A stretch of DNA of 64,000 nt from Candidatus Omnitrophota bacterium (lineage in GTDB: Bacteria; Omnitrophota; Gorgyraeia; Pluralincolimonadales; Pluralincolimonadaceae), in the NCBI GenBank assembly GCA_003141835.1, contig PLNR01000009.1, positions 8,307 through 72,306 on the forward strand. Direction: 5' to 3'. The notes beneath the pieces were generated by a model, which did not search any database, had not been told where the DNA came from, and was given only the letters and a program-made list of their open reading frames with translations. The translations under genes and the position numbers were made by a program. This document shows, one piece after another, positions 1 through 9,089 of the stretch. The number at the start of each line of letters is the position of its first letter. The first letter of the stretch is position 1.

Positions 1-170
1 TTTGTGTAGTCGGTGAGGCTTATCTCTTCGGACTGCGGCTGCTGCAGGTTCATCGGCTCGCGGAAGACGTACATTATCACCAAACCGAAAAGCAAGAAAA
101 CTACCAGGCGCTGTATTACGAAAGAGGCCTGTTTTTTGTCATTTTTCTTCTTTTTCTGTCCGTTTGCCAT
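1..170 (-). CDS. ftsH: 5' end of ATP-dependent zinc metalloprotease FtsH (partial, runs off the window)
   Basis: Manual translation from ATG at 170: MANGQKKKKNDKKQASFVIQRLVVFLLFGLVIMYVFREPMNLQQPQSEEISLTDYT. Basic N-terminus, TM helix and an EIS-x-T-D-Y segment typical of the FtsH N-terminus; conserved tilS-ftsH adjacency; SD-like AAGGA upstream. Catalytic domains are not in the window. Confidence 0.75.
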   Translation of the reverse strand, partial: MANGQKKKKNDKKQASFVIQRLVVFLLFGLVIMYVFREPMNLQQPQSEEISLTDYT

Positions 171-194
171 TGGGTTTTTCCTTTAGAGGTTTTG

Positions 195-224
195 ATTATA
201 ACAGAAAGCCGGCGCAAAAGGCAA
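195..224 (-). promoter_or_regulatory. Putative sigma70 promoter for ftsH
   Basis: Minus strand TTGCCT-N18-TATAAT, with TG in the extended -10 position (TGTTATAAT). Confidence 0.55.
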
Positions 225-229
225 GAAAA

Positions 230-1618
230 TTAGGCCGTCTTGTATGAGACTTTGAGGATGCGTTCCGTGCAACGGCCGATCTTTACCGAGTCGGAAAGGC
301 GCAGGCCGCAGACCCAGATTATATCCCTGCCGGAGACGAGCAAAGGCACCTTCTCCCTTTTGCCGCGGGGGATCTTCAGGTCGATAAAGAGGTCCTGCAA
401 TTTCTTCTCTTTCGCCATCCCGAGCGGCCTGAACCTGTCGCCCTTCTCCCATGTCCTTACATAGAGCGGGCCCTTTAACTTCGCAAAATCGATATATTCG
501 GCGGCTTTCGACCCGCCGAATTTAACGTCCGATCCGGTGAACTTCGCGTCAAATGTCAATTTCAGCCCTGGGATGAACGTCGATCCCGGGACTGATATCC
601 GTTTCCGCACCTTAGGGGAAACCGCCTCGGCTTTCACCTTTCCGAACAACAGGGAATCTCCCGTCTTTACGACCCTCGTCTTCCCGGGAAGGTCCATGGC
701 GCCTTTTCCCGTTTTTATGAGGCCCTCTATATCCTCGATGTGGGAATAATCTATGTTACGCAGGTCCCCTTTCGATATCTCTATGGCCTTCCGCAGTATG
801 CCGCGGCGTATGCCTGCCTGTTTGGTTTTCAATCGCCGCAGGTCCACGGCCACGGACCCGCCCTTGGCCCTGAGGCATCCCTTGCATGACCTGTCTACTG
901 CGTCGGAGAGTGCCTCGTAGTCATAGCTGAAATTCTGCGCGCTCCTGGCGAGGACCTCTTTGATGTTCGGGTTATATTCTTTTAGAATGGCGATCAGTTC
1001 GTGCCTGATCCTGTTCCGCAGGAATTTACGCATAGAGTTGGTGGCATCCAGGCGCGGTTTTACGTCCATCCCCTCCAGGTATTCCTCGACATCTTTCCTC
1101 CAAGCCTCTATAAGCGGCCTCACTATTAACGCGCCGCCAAGCGGGCGCTTCGGCGGTATGCCGCGCAGGCCTCCCAAACCCGAGCCACGGATGAGCCTCA
1201 TCAGGACCGTCTCGGCCTGGTCGTCCATAGTATGGCCGAGCGCGATCTTTTTCGCACCGGCATCCCTGGCTGACTCGAGCAGAAATTCATATCTTTTTTC
1301 ACGCGCCGCTTCCTCAAGGGAAAACCCGCTCTCTTCGGCGTAAGCCGGGACATCGATCCGCTTAAAAATGAACGGGATACCGAGTCTTTTGGAAAGAGAC
1401 GATACGTATTCGCGGTCCCTCTTCGTCTCACCGGCCGCGCGAAACATGTGGTCGAGATGGGCTACGCGGAGCTTTAGGCAGTACTCGCGCTTCAAGCTGT
1501 CGAGCGCGAGCAGGAGCGCGGTAGAGTCCGGGCCTCCGGAGACGGCGACTATCACGTTGTCGCCTTTCCCTATTAACCCGAACTTTTTTATTGTCTTTAT
1601 TACCGTATCGATAAGCAT
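230..1618 (-). CDS. tilS: tRNA(Ile)-lysidine synthetase
   Basis: AVSGGPDS PP-loop, HLDHMFR, EEAAREKRY, GHTMDDQAET, RNRIRH, and C-terminal TilS_C (GDRFRPLG...KKLQDLFID). Start taken at MLIDTV (1618); the ORF extends to 1645. Confidence 0.96.
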   Translation of the reverse strand: MLIDTVIKTIKKFGLIGKGDNVIVAVSGGPDSTALLLALDSLKREYCLKLRVAHLDHMFRAAGETKRDREYVSSLSKRLGIPFIFKRIDVPAYAEESGFSLEEAAREKRYEFLLESARDAGAKKIALGHTMDDQAETVLMRLIRGSGLGGLRGIPPKRPLGGALIVRPLIEAWRKDVEEYLEGMDVKPRLDATNSMRKFLRNRIRHELIAILKEYNPNIKEVLARSAQNFSYDYEALSDAVDRSCKGCLRAKGGSVAVDLRRLKTKQAGIRRGILRKAIEISKGDLRNIDYSHIEDIEGLIKTGKGAMDLPGKTRVVKTGDSLLFGKVKAEAVSPKVRKRISVPGSTFIPGLKLTFDAKFTGSDVKFGGSKAAEYIDFAKLKGPLYVRTWEKGDRFRPLGMAKEKKLQDLFIDLKIPRGKREKVPLLVSGRDIIWVCGLRLSDSVKIGRCTERILKVSYKTA

Positions 1619-1622
1619 ACTA

Positions 1623-2222
1623 TTATTCGTAGAATACGCCGCCAAAATAGAAGATCACGGTCCCTTTATTTACCTTGCTGTCCGCCGTCCAGCAGAAACC
1701 CCCTGCGACGTTGGACATGTCCTTGTTTGAGAGGTCTATAGTATACTGCTTCCATTCGGAGGAAAGCTTGACGCCTTTCAGTTCTTTAATGAACGAATCC
1801 GGGACTTCCCCCTTTATGCCGCCGGCCGTAATATTTATGACTTCCTTGCCTGTTTCTCCCCTTGCCCAGAAAGTAAGTTTTTTGTGGCCGGTGAGATCGA
1901 GCCCTTTCTTGGCCCCCCAATTGTTCGCCGGATACTGCCAATAGACGCCGGCCCAGCCGTTCTTTGAGTCCTTGGAGATGTCATATGTCCATTTCATGCA
2001 TTGTTTGCCGCTCTTCGGCTTTACTGTGCAGTTGGCGTCGACTTTTATCGCTCCGACATCGCCCATCCACCCGCTCGGGGCAAAAGTGCCCTTCCCTTCG
2101 TCGTATACCGCGACCTTCTGGATGGGTTTGAGCGAGCCGCGCGGGGTATTCTTCAGGACCTGGGCATGGCCGTAAGACACCAACATCAATAACGCTAAGA
2201 CGCATACAAAGACCTTTTTCAC
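1623..2222 (-). CDS. Secreted galactose-binding-fold (CBM-like) protein
   Basis: GTG start at 2222 after AAGGAGG; signal peptide (KKVFVCVLALLMLVSYGHA); PSGWMGD...GWAGVYWQxPANNWG...LTFWARG...LSSEWKQYTIDL pattern of a carbohydrate-binding jelly roll. Confidence 0.7.
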   Translation of the reverse strand: MKKVFVCVLALLMLVSYGHAQVLKNTPRGSLKPIQKVAVYDEGKGTFAPSGWMGDVGAIKVDANCTVKPKSGKQCMKWTYDISKDSKNGWAGVYWQYPANNWGAKKGLDLTGHKKLTFWARGETGKEVINITAGGIKGEVPDSFIKELKGVKLSSEWKQYTIDLSNKDMSNVAGGFCWTADSKVNKGTVIFYFGGVFYE

Positions 2223-2243
2223 CAGTTTTCCCTCCTTAGTAAC

Positions 2244-2277
2244 AAAAAGCAACCCTTAATTTTACCGGGTTGCTCTT
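2244..2277 (-). terminator. Intrinsic terminator downstream of tRNA-Met
   Basis: Minus strand AGCAACCC-ggtaaaattaa-GGGTTGCT followed by TTTT, starting 3 nt after the tRNA CCA end. Confidence 0.7.
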
Positions 2278-2280
2278 GAA

Positions 2281-2357
2281 TGGTGGCGGCGATCCGGATC
2301 GAACGGATGACATAGCGGGTATGAGCCGCTCGCTCTAACCATCTGAGCTACGCCGCC
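2281..2357 (-). tRNA. tRNA-Met (CAT), elongator type
   Basis: GGCGGCGTAGCTCAGATGGTTAGAGCGAGCGGCTCATACCCGCTATGTCATCCGTTCGATCCGGATCGCCGCCACCA: full cloverleaf, anticodon CAT, paired G1-C72 (not initiator), encoded CCA. Confidence 0.93.
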
Positions 2358-2398
2358 ATAATCTTTAAGTTTAGGTTTCATATGTTATCACAAAACCG

Positions 2399-3103
2399 TC
2401 AAAAAGCAATAGTTTCCTGAGCCGGTACACCCGCCCCGGCCGGAAGCAAGTCGCAGACATAATAACGGTTATCCCTGAGGGTTACTTCGCCTTTTACGAA
2501 CGGTATCTTGTAACGGAACATCGGGCCCGCGTAAACGAACGAATGGAATTCACCCTTCTCGCCGCAGGGGTCGACGCCTGAAGGCAGATCTGCAAGAAAG
2601 GAATCGTCGAACTCCCTGCCTACGAATTCCTTGGCGAGCAATGTGGAATCCACGCAGGTGACGATAGCCTTAAAACCAAGGTCTATAAATCTGCGGGCTA
2701 ATTGGCTGCTATTACGCTTCCAAATGGGGTATACCCCTTTCATGCCTATGCGCGCCAGGTTATCATCCCTGTATTTTTTAACATCTTCAAGCCATATATC
2801 TCCCGCTGCGCTCAGGAGGGTGCCTTTCGCAAGATATCTCTCGAGAATCTCGCGAACCTTCGACTCGTATTCCCCGTTGGGGGCGTTTTTCGATATGAGC
2901 GCTTTTTCGAGCCTGATGCCGAGTGCCGCGGCCTGTAGCTCAAGGAGAACGGTCCTTACGCCGTGCATGCTTATCCTGTCGTAATCCTTTGTGATGGTCG
3001 TAAGCAACGCCGCAACATCATAATCGCCGGCCTGCTTCAGATCATAAAGCGCGAGCGCACTATCCTTGCCGCCGCTCCAAGAGAATATAACTTTTTCTTT
3101 CAT
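2399..3103 (-). CDS. Diphthine-ammonia ligase-like / DUF71 (MJ0570-type) PP-loop ATPase
   Basis: SWSGGKDS, SMHGVR, GDIWLED, DPCGEKGEFHSFV motifs. Confidence 0.88.
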   Translation of the reverse strand: MKEKVIFSWSGGKDSALALYDLKQAGDYDVAALLTTITKDYDRISMHGVRTVLLELQAAALGIRLEKALISKNAPNGEYESKVREILERYLAKGTLLSAAGDIWLEDVKKYRDDNLARIGMKGVYPIWKRNSSQLARRFIDLGFKAIVTCVDSTLLAKEFVGREFDDSFLADLPSGVDPCGEKGEFHSFVYAGPMFRYKIPFVKGEVTLRDNRYYVCDLLPAGAGVPAQETIAF

Positions 3104-3906
3104 TTAACCCTTCTACTTAAGACCTCGTTCATGCTGCCGCTGCGGTAACCATGCAGATCTATGGTGACATATTTAAAACCCAGTTTTTGTAGGCGTTTTG
3201 CCGCGCCTGAAGCCGCTCCGCCCTTGAAGAATTTCCTGATCTCGCGCCGGGCTACTTCTATCCTCGCGATATCGCCGTGGCAACGGACCCGCACCTGGCT
3301 GAAACCGTATTTATCCCGCAGGACATCTTCCGCTTTTCCTATCATCCCCAATTTCCGCCTGGTTATAGTATCATGATAAGGTATGCGCGATGCCAGGCAG
3401 GCGTAAGAAGGCTTATTCCATGTCGGCAATCCCAGCCTCCTCGATAACTTGCGTATTTTATCCTTTGTCAGGCGCGCCTCTTTTAACGGGCTGGCTACGC
3501 CGCCCTCTTTCGCGGCGCGGCTGCCCGGCCGGAAATCTTTCCTGTCGTCATAATTTGAGGCGTCGGCAATATACTTGTAGCCCTCACGCCGCGCTATCTC
3601 CCTTATCCGGCCGAATAGCTCTTTTTTGCAATAGTAGCATCTCTGCGGGGGGTTCTTCCTGAACCTGGGATCGTTGAACTCGCCGGTCCTTATCACCATC
3701 TGCCTGACGCCTATTTTTTTCGCGAGCCTCCTGGAATCCTTAAGCTCCGAAGACGGGTAGGTCTCCGACGCAGCGGTGACTGCCAGAACGTTGCCGCTGC
3801 CGAGCGCCTCTTTCGCGGCTTTAAGCAGGAACGTCGAATCCACACCGCCGGAGAAAGCGATCACCACCTTGCCCATCTTCTTTAAAATCTTCTTTAATCT
3901 ATCCAT
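3100..3906 (-). CDS. larE: LarE-like ATP-dependent sulfur transferase (TIGR00268 family)
   Basis: [40 protein letters not shown] motifs. Confidence 0.88.
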   Translation of the reverse strand: MDRLKKILKKMGKVVIAFSGGVDSTFLLKAAKEALGSGNVLAVTAASETYPSSELKDSRRLAKKIGVRQMVIRTGEFNDPRFRKNPPQRCYYCKKELFGRIREIARREGYKYIADASNYDDRKDFRPGSRAAKEGGVASPLKEARLTKDKIRKLSRRLGLPTWNKPSYACLASRIPYHDTITRRKLGMIGKAEDVLRDKYGFSQVRVRCHGDIARIEVARREIRKFFKGGAASGAAKRLQKLGFKYVTIDLHGYRSGSMNEVLSRRVK

Positions 3907-4952
3907 CCGCCGCCCAATATCTTCTCGCCTTCATAAAATACGAACGCCTGGCCCGGGGTTATTGCGTACTGCGGCTCATCGAATAAAGCTTTCACCTTAT
4001 TCCCGGATACAGGCATAACCTCGCAGCCTGCTTTCGGATGGTTATACCTTATCTTCACCTCAGCGCGGATGGCAGAATCCAGCCCTCGGACAGCCATCCA
4101 CGATACGCCGCTCGCCGTCAATTCCCTGCCCTTCGCCTCAGCGGCATCGCCTAACACGATCTCGTTCTTTTCAGCGTCTATCTTCACGACATAGACCGGC
4201 TTGCCTGCCGCGATTCCCAGGCCCTCCCTCTGCCCTACGGTGTAGAACGCTATGCCTTTATGCTCTCCCAAAACCTTGCCTTCTGTATCTGTTATCCTGC
4301 CCGGCCTCGCCGCTTTTATCCTGTCCTTTATAAAATCGCGATAGTCACCTTTTATCACAAAACAGATATCCTGGCTCTCGGGTTTATCATGGATTTTGAG
4401 GCCGTTTGACCTGGCTATCTCCCTGACCTCCTTCTTTGATAAACCGCCAAGCGGGAAGAGCGTATGCTCAAGCTGTTCCTGGGTTAGGTCGAAGAGGAAA
4501 TACGACTGGTCCTTCGTCTTATCAGCGGCCTCGCTCACGAAATACCTGCCGCCGCTTCCGAGCCTGGCGTAATGGCCGGTCGCGACATAGTCCGCGCCGA
4601 GGACCTTCGCCCTCTCCAGTACCTTGCCGAATTTCATTCTGCTGTTGCAGACGACGCAGGGATTAGGCGTCCGCCCCTTTCCATACTCGGAGCAGAAATA
4701 TTTGATGACGGAATCGTTGAATTCCTTCTCGAGGTTCATGACGTAATGCGGAATATCGAGCCGCGAGGCGACCTTCCTCGCGTCCTCTATCGCATCGAGG
4801 GAACAGCAGCTCTTCTCGCCGTGCTTTCCGCAGAGGTCCTTCGACCAGAGCTGCATAGTGATCCCGATGACCTCGTATCCCTCTTCTTTCAATAAAAAAG
4901 CGGCGACGGATGAATCTACGCCGCCGCTCATAGCGACAACGGCTTTCTTCAC
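3894..4952 (-). CDS. mnmA: tRNA 2-thiouridine(34) synthase MnmA
   Basis: [50 protein letters not shown] motifs. Confidence 0.96.
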   Translation of the reverse strand: MKKAVVAMSGGVDSSVAAFLLKEEGYEVIGITMQLWSKDLCGKHGEKSCCSLDAIEDARKVASRLDIPHYVMNLEKEFNDSVIKYFCSEYGKGRTPNPCVVCNSRMKFGKVLERAKVLGADYVATGHYARLGSGGRYFVSEAADKTKDQSYFLFDLTQEQLEHTLFPLGGLSKKEVREIARSNGLKIHDKPESQDICFVIKGDYRDFIKDRIKAARPGRITDTEGKVLGEHKGIAFYTVGQREGLGIAAGKPVYVVKIDAEKNEIVLGDAAEAKGRELTASGVSWMAVRGLDSAIRAEVKIRYNHPKAGCEVMPVSGNKVKALFDEPQYAITPGQAFVFYEGEKILGGGWID

Positions 4953-6025
4953 TTATTTTTCCGTTCCTTCTTATACATTGCCAGCAATATCACCGCCAGG
5001 ACCACCGCCGCGGCGCCGATGCCTGCCGGGTTGAGTTTACGCGACTTCGCCCGGAGCGTGAATTCCTTAAGGATAAAATCATCGTTCTTGAATTCCCATT
5101 TCGCGGAATTCGAAACTATCTTCCCTGCTTCTGCCTCGAAGACTCGTCCCGGCATGACGACCGACACATCGAACGAATAGCCCATAAACACCGGCAAGCC
5201 GTATACGCCGAAAGCGTCATCGTAATTGGCGCCGTTCATCGCGGTGCTGTAATCCGAAAGCTGTTTGTCGATGCTCGCGTGCACCGCCATAAGTTTCTCC
5301 CAAACGGCTTCCTTGCCGGCCGCTTTATCCGCGGATATTATGTAGTCGGCGAATATCGCGGAGAATTCCTCGGCGGAGCATTTCTTCTCGAACCCTTCCA
5401 TCTTCGCCTTGAATTGCGTATTCTTCTCATTGAACGCCTGCCGGCCGGCCCTGGTCAACTCGGCCGCTATATAGTCGAAATACGGGCGATATACGGCCTC
5501 CAGCAGCTCCCTGGCTTTCTCCTTTTTTACCGCCTTCGGAAAAGCCCGCGCCACTTCGGTGGAAGCCGTATCCATGGCGTGCCCGTACCAGCTATCGCAT
5601 AATTTCTTGATCCTCCCGCTGTCGGTGCAGTCCTTATACGTCTCCTCGTATTCGTAAGTCGTAAATAATATGCCCTTGTTGATCTTGAGGGAGAATTTGT
5701 TGGACGAGACATCGCCGGGTTTCGTCCCTGACCTAAAATAGTCAGGGACCAGTTTATTCAGGTCGGTAAATACCTGCTTCGCCTCGTAAATATGTTGGGG
5801 AGGGGAATCCTTTACGTACTGGTTAAGCCTCCACTCGCCGCCCGGAGGCAGGACGTAATTCTTAAGGACTTCCTCTTTCTCAGTCGCGCCGTCGGCGGTG
5901 TAGGTAGTAATGCGGAAACCTGAGCCGTCGTCGTTTATCTTAGTCGTCGCAGCCATATTTATGAAACAACCGCTGGCTGAAAGGACGACAAACGGCAAGA
6001 ACGCTAAGAAGAGAAACTTCTTCAC
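4949..6025 (-). CDS. Putative lipoprotein with C-terminal TM anchor (LppM/DUF3153-like)
   Basis: Lipobox-like LSASG-C; TKINDDGSG and VVMPGRV...AKWEF segments; C-terminal hydrophobic helix followed by a KKERKNK tail. Confidence 0.55.
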   Translation of the reverse strand: MKKFLFLAFLPFVVLSASGCFINMAATTKINDDGSGFRITTYTADGATEKEEVLKNYVLPPGGEWRLNQYVKDSPPQHIYEAKQVFTDLNKLVPDYFRSGTKPGDVSSNKFSLKINKGILFTTYEYEETYKDCTDSGRIKKLCDSWYGHAMDTASTEVARAFPKAVKKEKARELLEAVYRPYFDYIAAELTRAGRQAFNEKNTQFKAKMEGFEKKCSAEEFSAIFADYIISADKAAGKEAVWEKLMAVHASIDKQLSDYSTAMNGANYDDAFGVYGLPVFMGYSFDVSVVMPGRVFEAEAGKIVSNSAKWEFKNDDFILKEFTLRAKSRKLNPAGIGAAAVVLAVILLAMYKKERKNK

Positions 6026-6028
6026 TTG

Positions 6029-7423
6029 TTATCCTTTAAGATACCTGTCTATTGCCGCGGCGGCTTTTTTGCCCGCGCCCATAGCCGCGATGACCGTGCC
6101 CTCGCCGGTCGTTATATCCCCGCCGGCGAATATGCCCTTGATCGAGGTCATACAGTTCTCATCTATCTTAAGCTCGCCGGACCTTTCGTCGACCGCGAGC
6201 TCTTTTGTCGTATGCGCTATCAACGGGTTCGGCCCCTGGCCGACCGCAATAATGACCGTGTCTACCGGCATCTCGTATTCTGAGCCCTTGATCGGGACCG
6301 GACGCCTTCTGCCGCTCGCGTCCGGTTCACCGAGCTCCATCTTCAGGCAGGTCATGCTCTTTACTTCGCCTTTTTCATTTCCCTCTATTTTGATAGGGGC
6401 GGTCAGGAACCTGAATTCTATCCTTTCTTCTTTTGCGTGCTCGAGTTCTGCGCGCCTCGCCGGGGCCTCGGCCTCACTCCTCCTGTAGATGATCATCGCG
6501 TCCTTGGCGCCAAGGCGTTTGGCCACGCGCACGCAGTCCATGGCTGTGTTACCAGCGCCGACTACAGCGACGCGGCCGCCGATCTTTACCGGAGTTTTAT
6601 ACTTCGGGAACTCGTACGCGTGCATCAGGTTGACGCGCGTCAGGAACTCGTTCGCGGAATAGACGCCGTTCAAGTTCTCTCCCGGGATGCCCAGGAAATA
6701 CGGCAGCCCTGCGCCTGTCCCGAGGAATATCGCTTTGTATCCGTCCTTGAAAAGGTCGGCTATCGAGAATGTCCGCCCTATAAGGATATTATATTTTATG
6801 TCGACGCCGAGAGACCTGATATATTCCGTCTCGCGGTCGAGTATGACCTTGGGCAGCCTGAACTCCGGTATGCCGTACCTTAAAACGCCGCCGCTGGAGC
6901 TCAACGACTCGAAGAGCGTGACCTTGTAGCCGTACCTGGCAAGGTCTGCCGCCGCTGTCAGGCCGGCCGGACCCGCGCCGACCACCGCGACTTTAATATC
7001 TTTCGTTTCTTTCGCGGCAGGCACTTCCTTAAGTCCGGGATAGGCGGCTTCCCAGTCTGCAACGAACCTCTCGAGCGCGCCGACCGCTACCGGCTGTCCT
7101 TTAGCCGCCAGTGCGCAAAGCGATTCGCACTGAGTCTCTTGCGGGCATACGCGGCCGCAGATGGCGGGAAGGTTATTCTTCTCTTTTATCTTTTGTATGG
7201 CGCCTTTATAGTCTTTCTTGGCGACGAGTTTTATGAATTCGGGTATGTCTATCTCGACCGGGCATCCGTTGCAGCAGGGCTTCTTCTTGCACGCTATGCA
7301 GCGCTGCGCCTCGAGCACCGCCTGCTCTTCGGTGAAACCCAATGATACTTCCTTGAAATCCTTGTTCCTCTCGTCCGGATTGCGTGCCGGTATCTCTTGC
7401 CTGGGTGTCTTATTGGTAGCCAT
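6029..7423 (-). CDS. nfnB: Electron-bifurcating transhydrogenase large subunit NfnB (SudA/GltD-like)
   Basis: RCIACKKKPCCNGCP and CGRVCPQETQCE Fe-S motifs, GAGPAG, YGIPEFRL, GAGNTAMD; adjacent to an NfnA-type gene. Confidence 0.9.
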   Translation of the reverse strand: MATNKTPRQEIPARNPDERNKDFKEVSLGFTEEQAVLEAQRCIACKKKPCCNGCPVEIDIPEFIKLVAKKDYKGAIQKIKEKNNLPAICGRVCPQETQCESLCALAAKGQPVAVGALERFVADWEAAYPGLKEVPAAKETKDIKVAVVGAGPAGLTAAADLARYGYKVTLFESLSSSGGVLRYGIPEFRLPKVILDRETEYIRSLGVDIKYNILIGRTFSIADLFKDGYKAIFLGTGAGLPYFLGIPGENLNGVYSANEFLTRVNLMHAYEFPKYKTPVKIGGRVAVVGAGNTAMDCVRVAKRLGAKDAMIIYRRSEAEAPARRAELEHAKEERIEFRFLTAPIKIEGNEKGEVKSMTCLKMELGEPDASGRRRPVPIKGSEYEMPVDTVIIAVGQGPNPLIAHTTKELAVDERSGELKIDENCMTSIKGIFAGGDITTGEGTVIAAMGAGKKAAAAIDRYLKG

Positions 7424-8232
7424 TATACCTCGAGTGCTCTCCTTTCTTCGTCCAAGAACCTCTTGTTCCTCGCCATGAGTTCGTCAAAATCCACTTTATA
7501 TCCGTCAAATTCCGGGCCGTCGACGCACGAGAACTTCGTCTTGCCCTCTATAGTGCAGCGGCAGCTCCCGCACATCCCTGTCGCGTCCAAAAGTATCGCG
7601 TTCAAACTCACTATCGCGGGGATATTATGCGGCTTCGCCGTCATTGTGACCGCTTTCATCATCGGTATCGGGCCGCAGCAGATGACGCGGTCGACCTTCT
7701 GTTCCGAGATGACCTTTTTAAGGGCGTCGGTCACGAAACCCTTGATGCCGTAACTGCCGTCGTCCGTGGTAATGAGCACCTCGTCAGCGATTGGCTTGAA
7801 TTCATCCTCGAGTATTATAAGGCTCTTGTTGCGGGCGCCGATTATGGTGATAACCTTATTGCCTTTTTCTTTCAGGGCCTTTGCCGCGGTATATAATTCA
7901 GCAGCGCCGACGCCTCCGCCGATTATCACGACCGTGCCGAATTTCTCTATCTCGGTAGGGTTGCCCAGCGGCCCCAGTATATCCCTTATCTGGTCCCCCG
8001 CCTTTAACGCGCAGAGGTCTTTCGTCGACCTGCCGAGCTGCTGTATGATGAGCGTCACGGTCCCGCGCGCCTTGTCAGCGTCGCATATCGTAAGCGGTAT
8101 CCTCTCGGCGAACTCATCGAGCCGAACGACGACGAACTGCCCGGGCTTCGACTCGCGCACGACCATCGGCGCCTCGACCTTCATTAAAGTTATCGTATCT
8201 GCCAGCTGCTTCTTCTCTACTATCTTGTGCAT
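7423..8232 (-). CDS. nfnA: Electron-bifurcating transhydrogenase small subunit NfnA (SudB/PyrK-like)
   Basis: KPGQFV, ERIPLT, GPLG, TDDGSYG, CGPIPMM and DATGMCGSCR...CVDGPEF [2Fe-2S] motif. Confidence 0.9.
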   Translation of the reverse strand: MHKIVEKKQLADTITLMKVEAPMVVRESKPGQFVVVRLDEFAERIPLTICDADKARGTVTLIIQQLGRSTKDLCALKAGDQIRDILGPLGNPTEIEKFGTVVIIGGGVGAAELYTAAKALKEKGNKVITIIGARNKSLIILEDEFKPIADEVLITTDDGSYGIKGFVTDALKKVISEQKVDRVICCGPIPMMKAVTMTAKPHNIPAIVSLNAILLDATGMCGSCRCTIEGKTKFSCVDGPEFDGYKVDFDELMARNKRFLDEERRALEV

Positions 8233-9089
8233 GCTCTCCTCTTTGTTTTTATCTTTTTAAGCTCCGATCCGTTCATCGTAAAGCTGTGCTCTTCAGTGGG
8301 AAACTTACCGCTTTCTACCTCATCTTTATATCTCTTGAACGCATTCAGAAGCAACGGCCAAAGATCGGCGTATTTCTTCACGAACTTCGGCGTGAAGCGG
8401 TCGAATAATCCTATCATGTCGTTAGTGACGAGCGCCTGGCCGTCGCAATACGAGCCGGCGCCTATGCCTATCGTGGGTACCTGCAATTTTTCCGTTATCA
8501 ATTTCGCGAGTTTATCCGGGACGCACTCGAGGAGCACCGCGAAGCATCCGGCTTTCTCCAGTGCAAGCGCGGAATCGAGCAGCTTCTGCGCGCTCGCGGC
8601 ATCCTTGCCCTGGACTTTGAACCCGCCGAGCTGGGTCGCGGTCTGCGGCGTAAGGCCTATGTGCCCCAGGACCGGGATCCCTGCTTTGACCAATGCTTTT
8701 ACGACGCTGACCATCTCGGTGCCGCCCTCGATCTTTACGGCGCCGCAGCCGCCTTCCTTTATGAACCTGCCGGCGTTCCTTATGGTCTCTTTTTCGCCTA
8801 TGTTATATGTCATAAAAGGCATATCGCCTATTATAAGCCCGTACCTGACGCCGCGTTTTACGGCTTTGGCGTGGTGGACCATCTCGTCCATAGTTATGGG
8901 GACGGTCGATTCATAGCCCAGGACCGTCATCGCCAGCGAATCGCCTATAAGTATAATGTCCACGCCCGCCTCGTCGATCAACCGGCCCGAGGGATAATCA
9001 TAGGCGGTAAGGAGCGTTATCTTCCTGCCTTCCTTTTTCTTCTTCTGGATATCCGGTATAGTCAACTTCTTCCGCTCCATCGCCGTCAC
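8220..9089 (-). CDS. panB: 3-methyl-2-oxobutanoate hydroxymethyltransferase
   Basis: LTAYDY, IGDSL, DMPF, VKIEGG, HIGLTPQ, IGIGAG, PKFVKKYA motifs. Confidence 0.97.
   Translation of the reverse strand: MTAMERKKLTIPDIQKKKKEGRKITLLTAYDYPSGRLIDEAGVDIILIGDSLAMTVLGYESTVPITMDEMVHHAKAVKRGVRYGLIIGDMPFMTYNIGEKETIRNAGRFIKEGGCGAVKIEGGTEMVSVVKALVKAGIPVLGHIGLTPQTATQLGGFKVQGKDAASAQKLLDSALALEKAGCFAVLLECVPDKLAKLITEKLQVPTIGIGAGSYCDGQALVTNDMIGLFDRFTPKFVKKYADLWPLLLNAFKRYKDEVESGKFPTEEHSFTMNGSELKKIKTKRRACTR

Noticed and set aside
2281-2357. tRNA-CAT near tilS as the Ile2 (lysidine) tRNA or the initiator tRNA
   Set aside because: Paired G1-C72 and lack of the three consecutive G-C anticodon-stem pairs argue against initiator; the GGCGGCG acceptor stem and CATACCCG loop resemble elongator Met. 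A tRNA classifier would settle it.
2419-2447. GC-rich stretch at the DUF71 3' end (and KDPAG codons near 33815-33830) as more palindromic elements
   Set aside because: No clean TCCCGC/GCGGGA stem; only partial similarity, expected by chance in GC-rich DNA.
6029-7423. Glutamate synthase small subunit (gltD)
   Set aside because: No gltB nearby; the adjacent FAD/[2Fe-2S] gene indicates NfnAB/SudAB.
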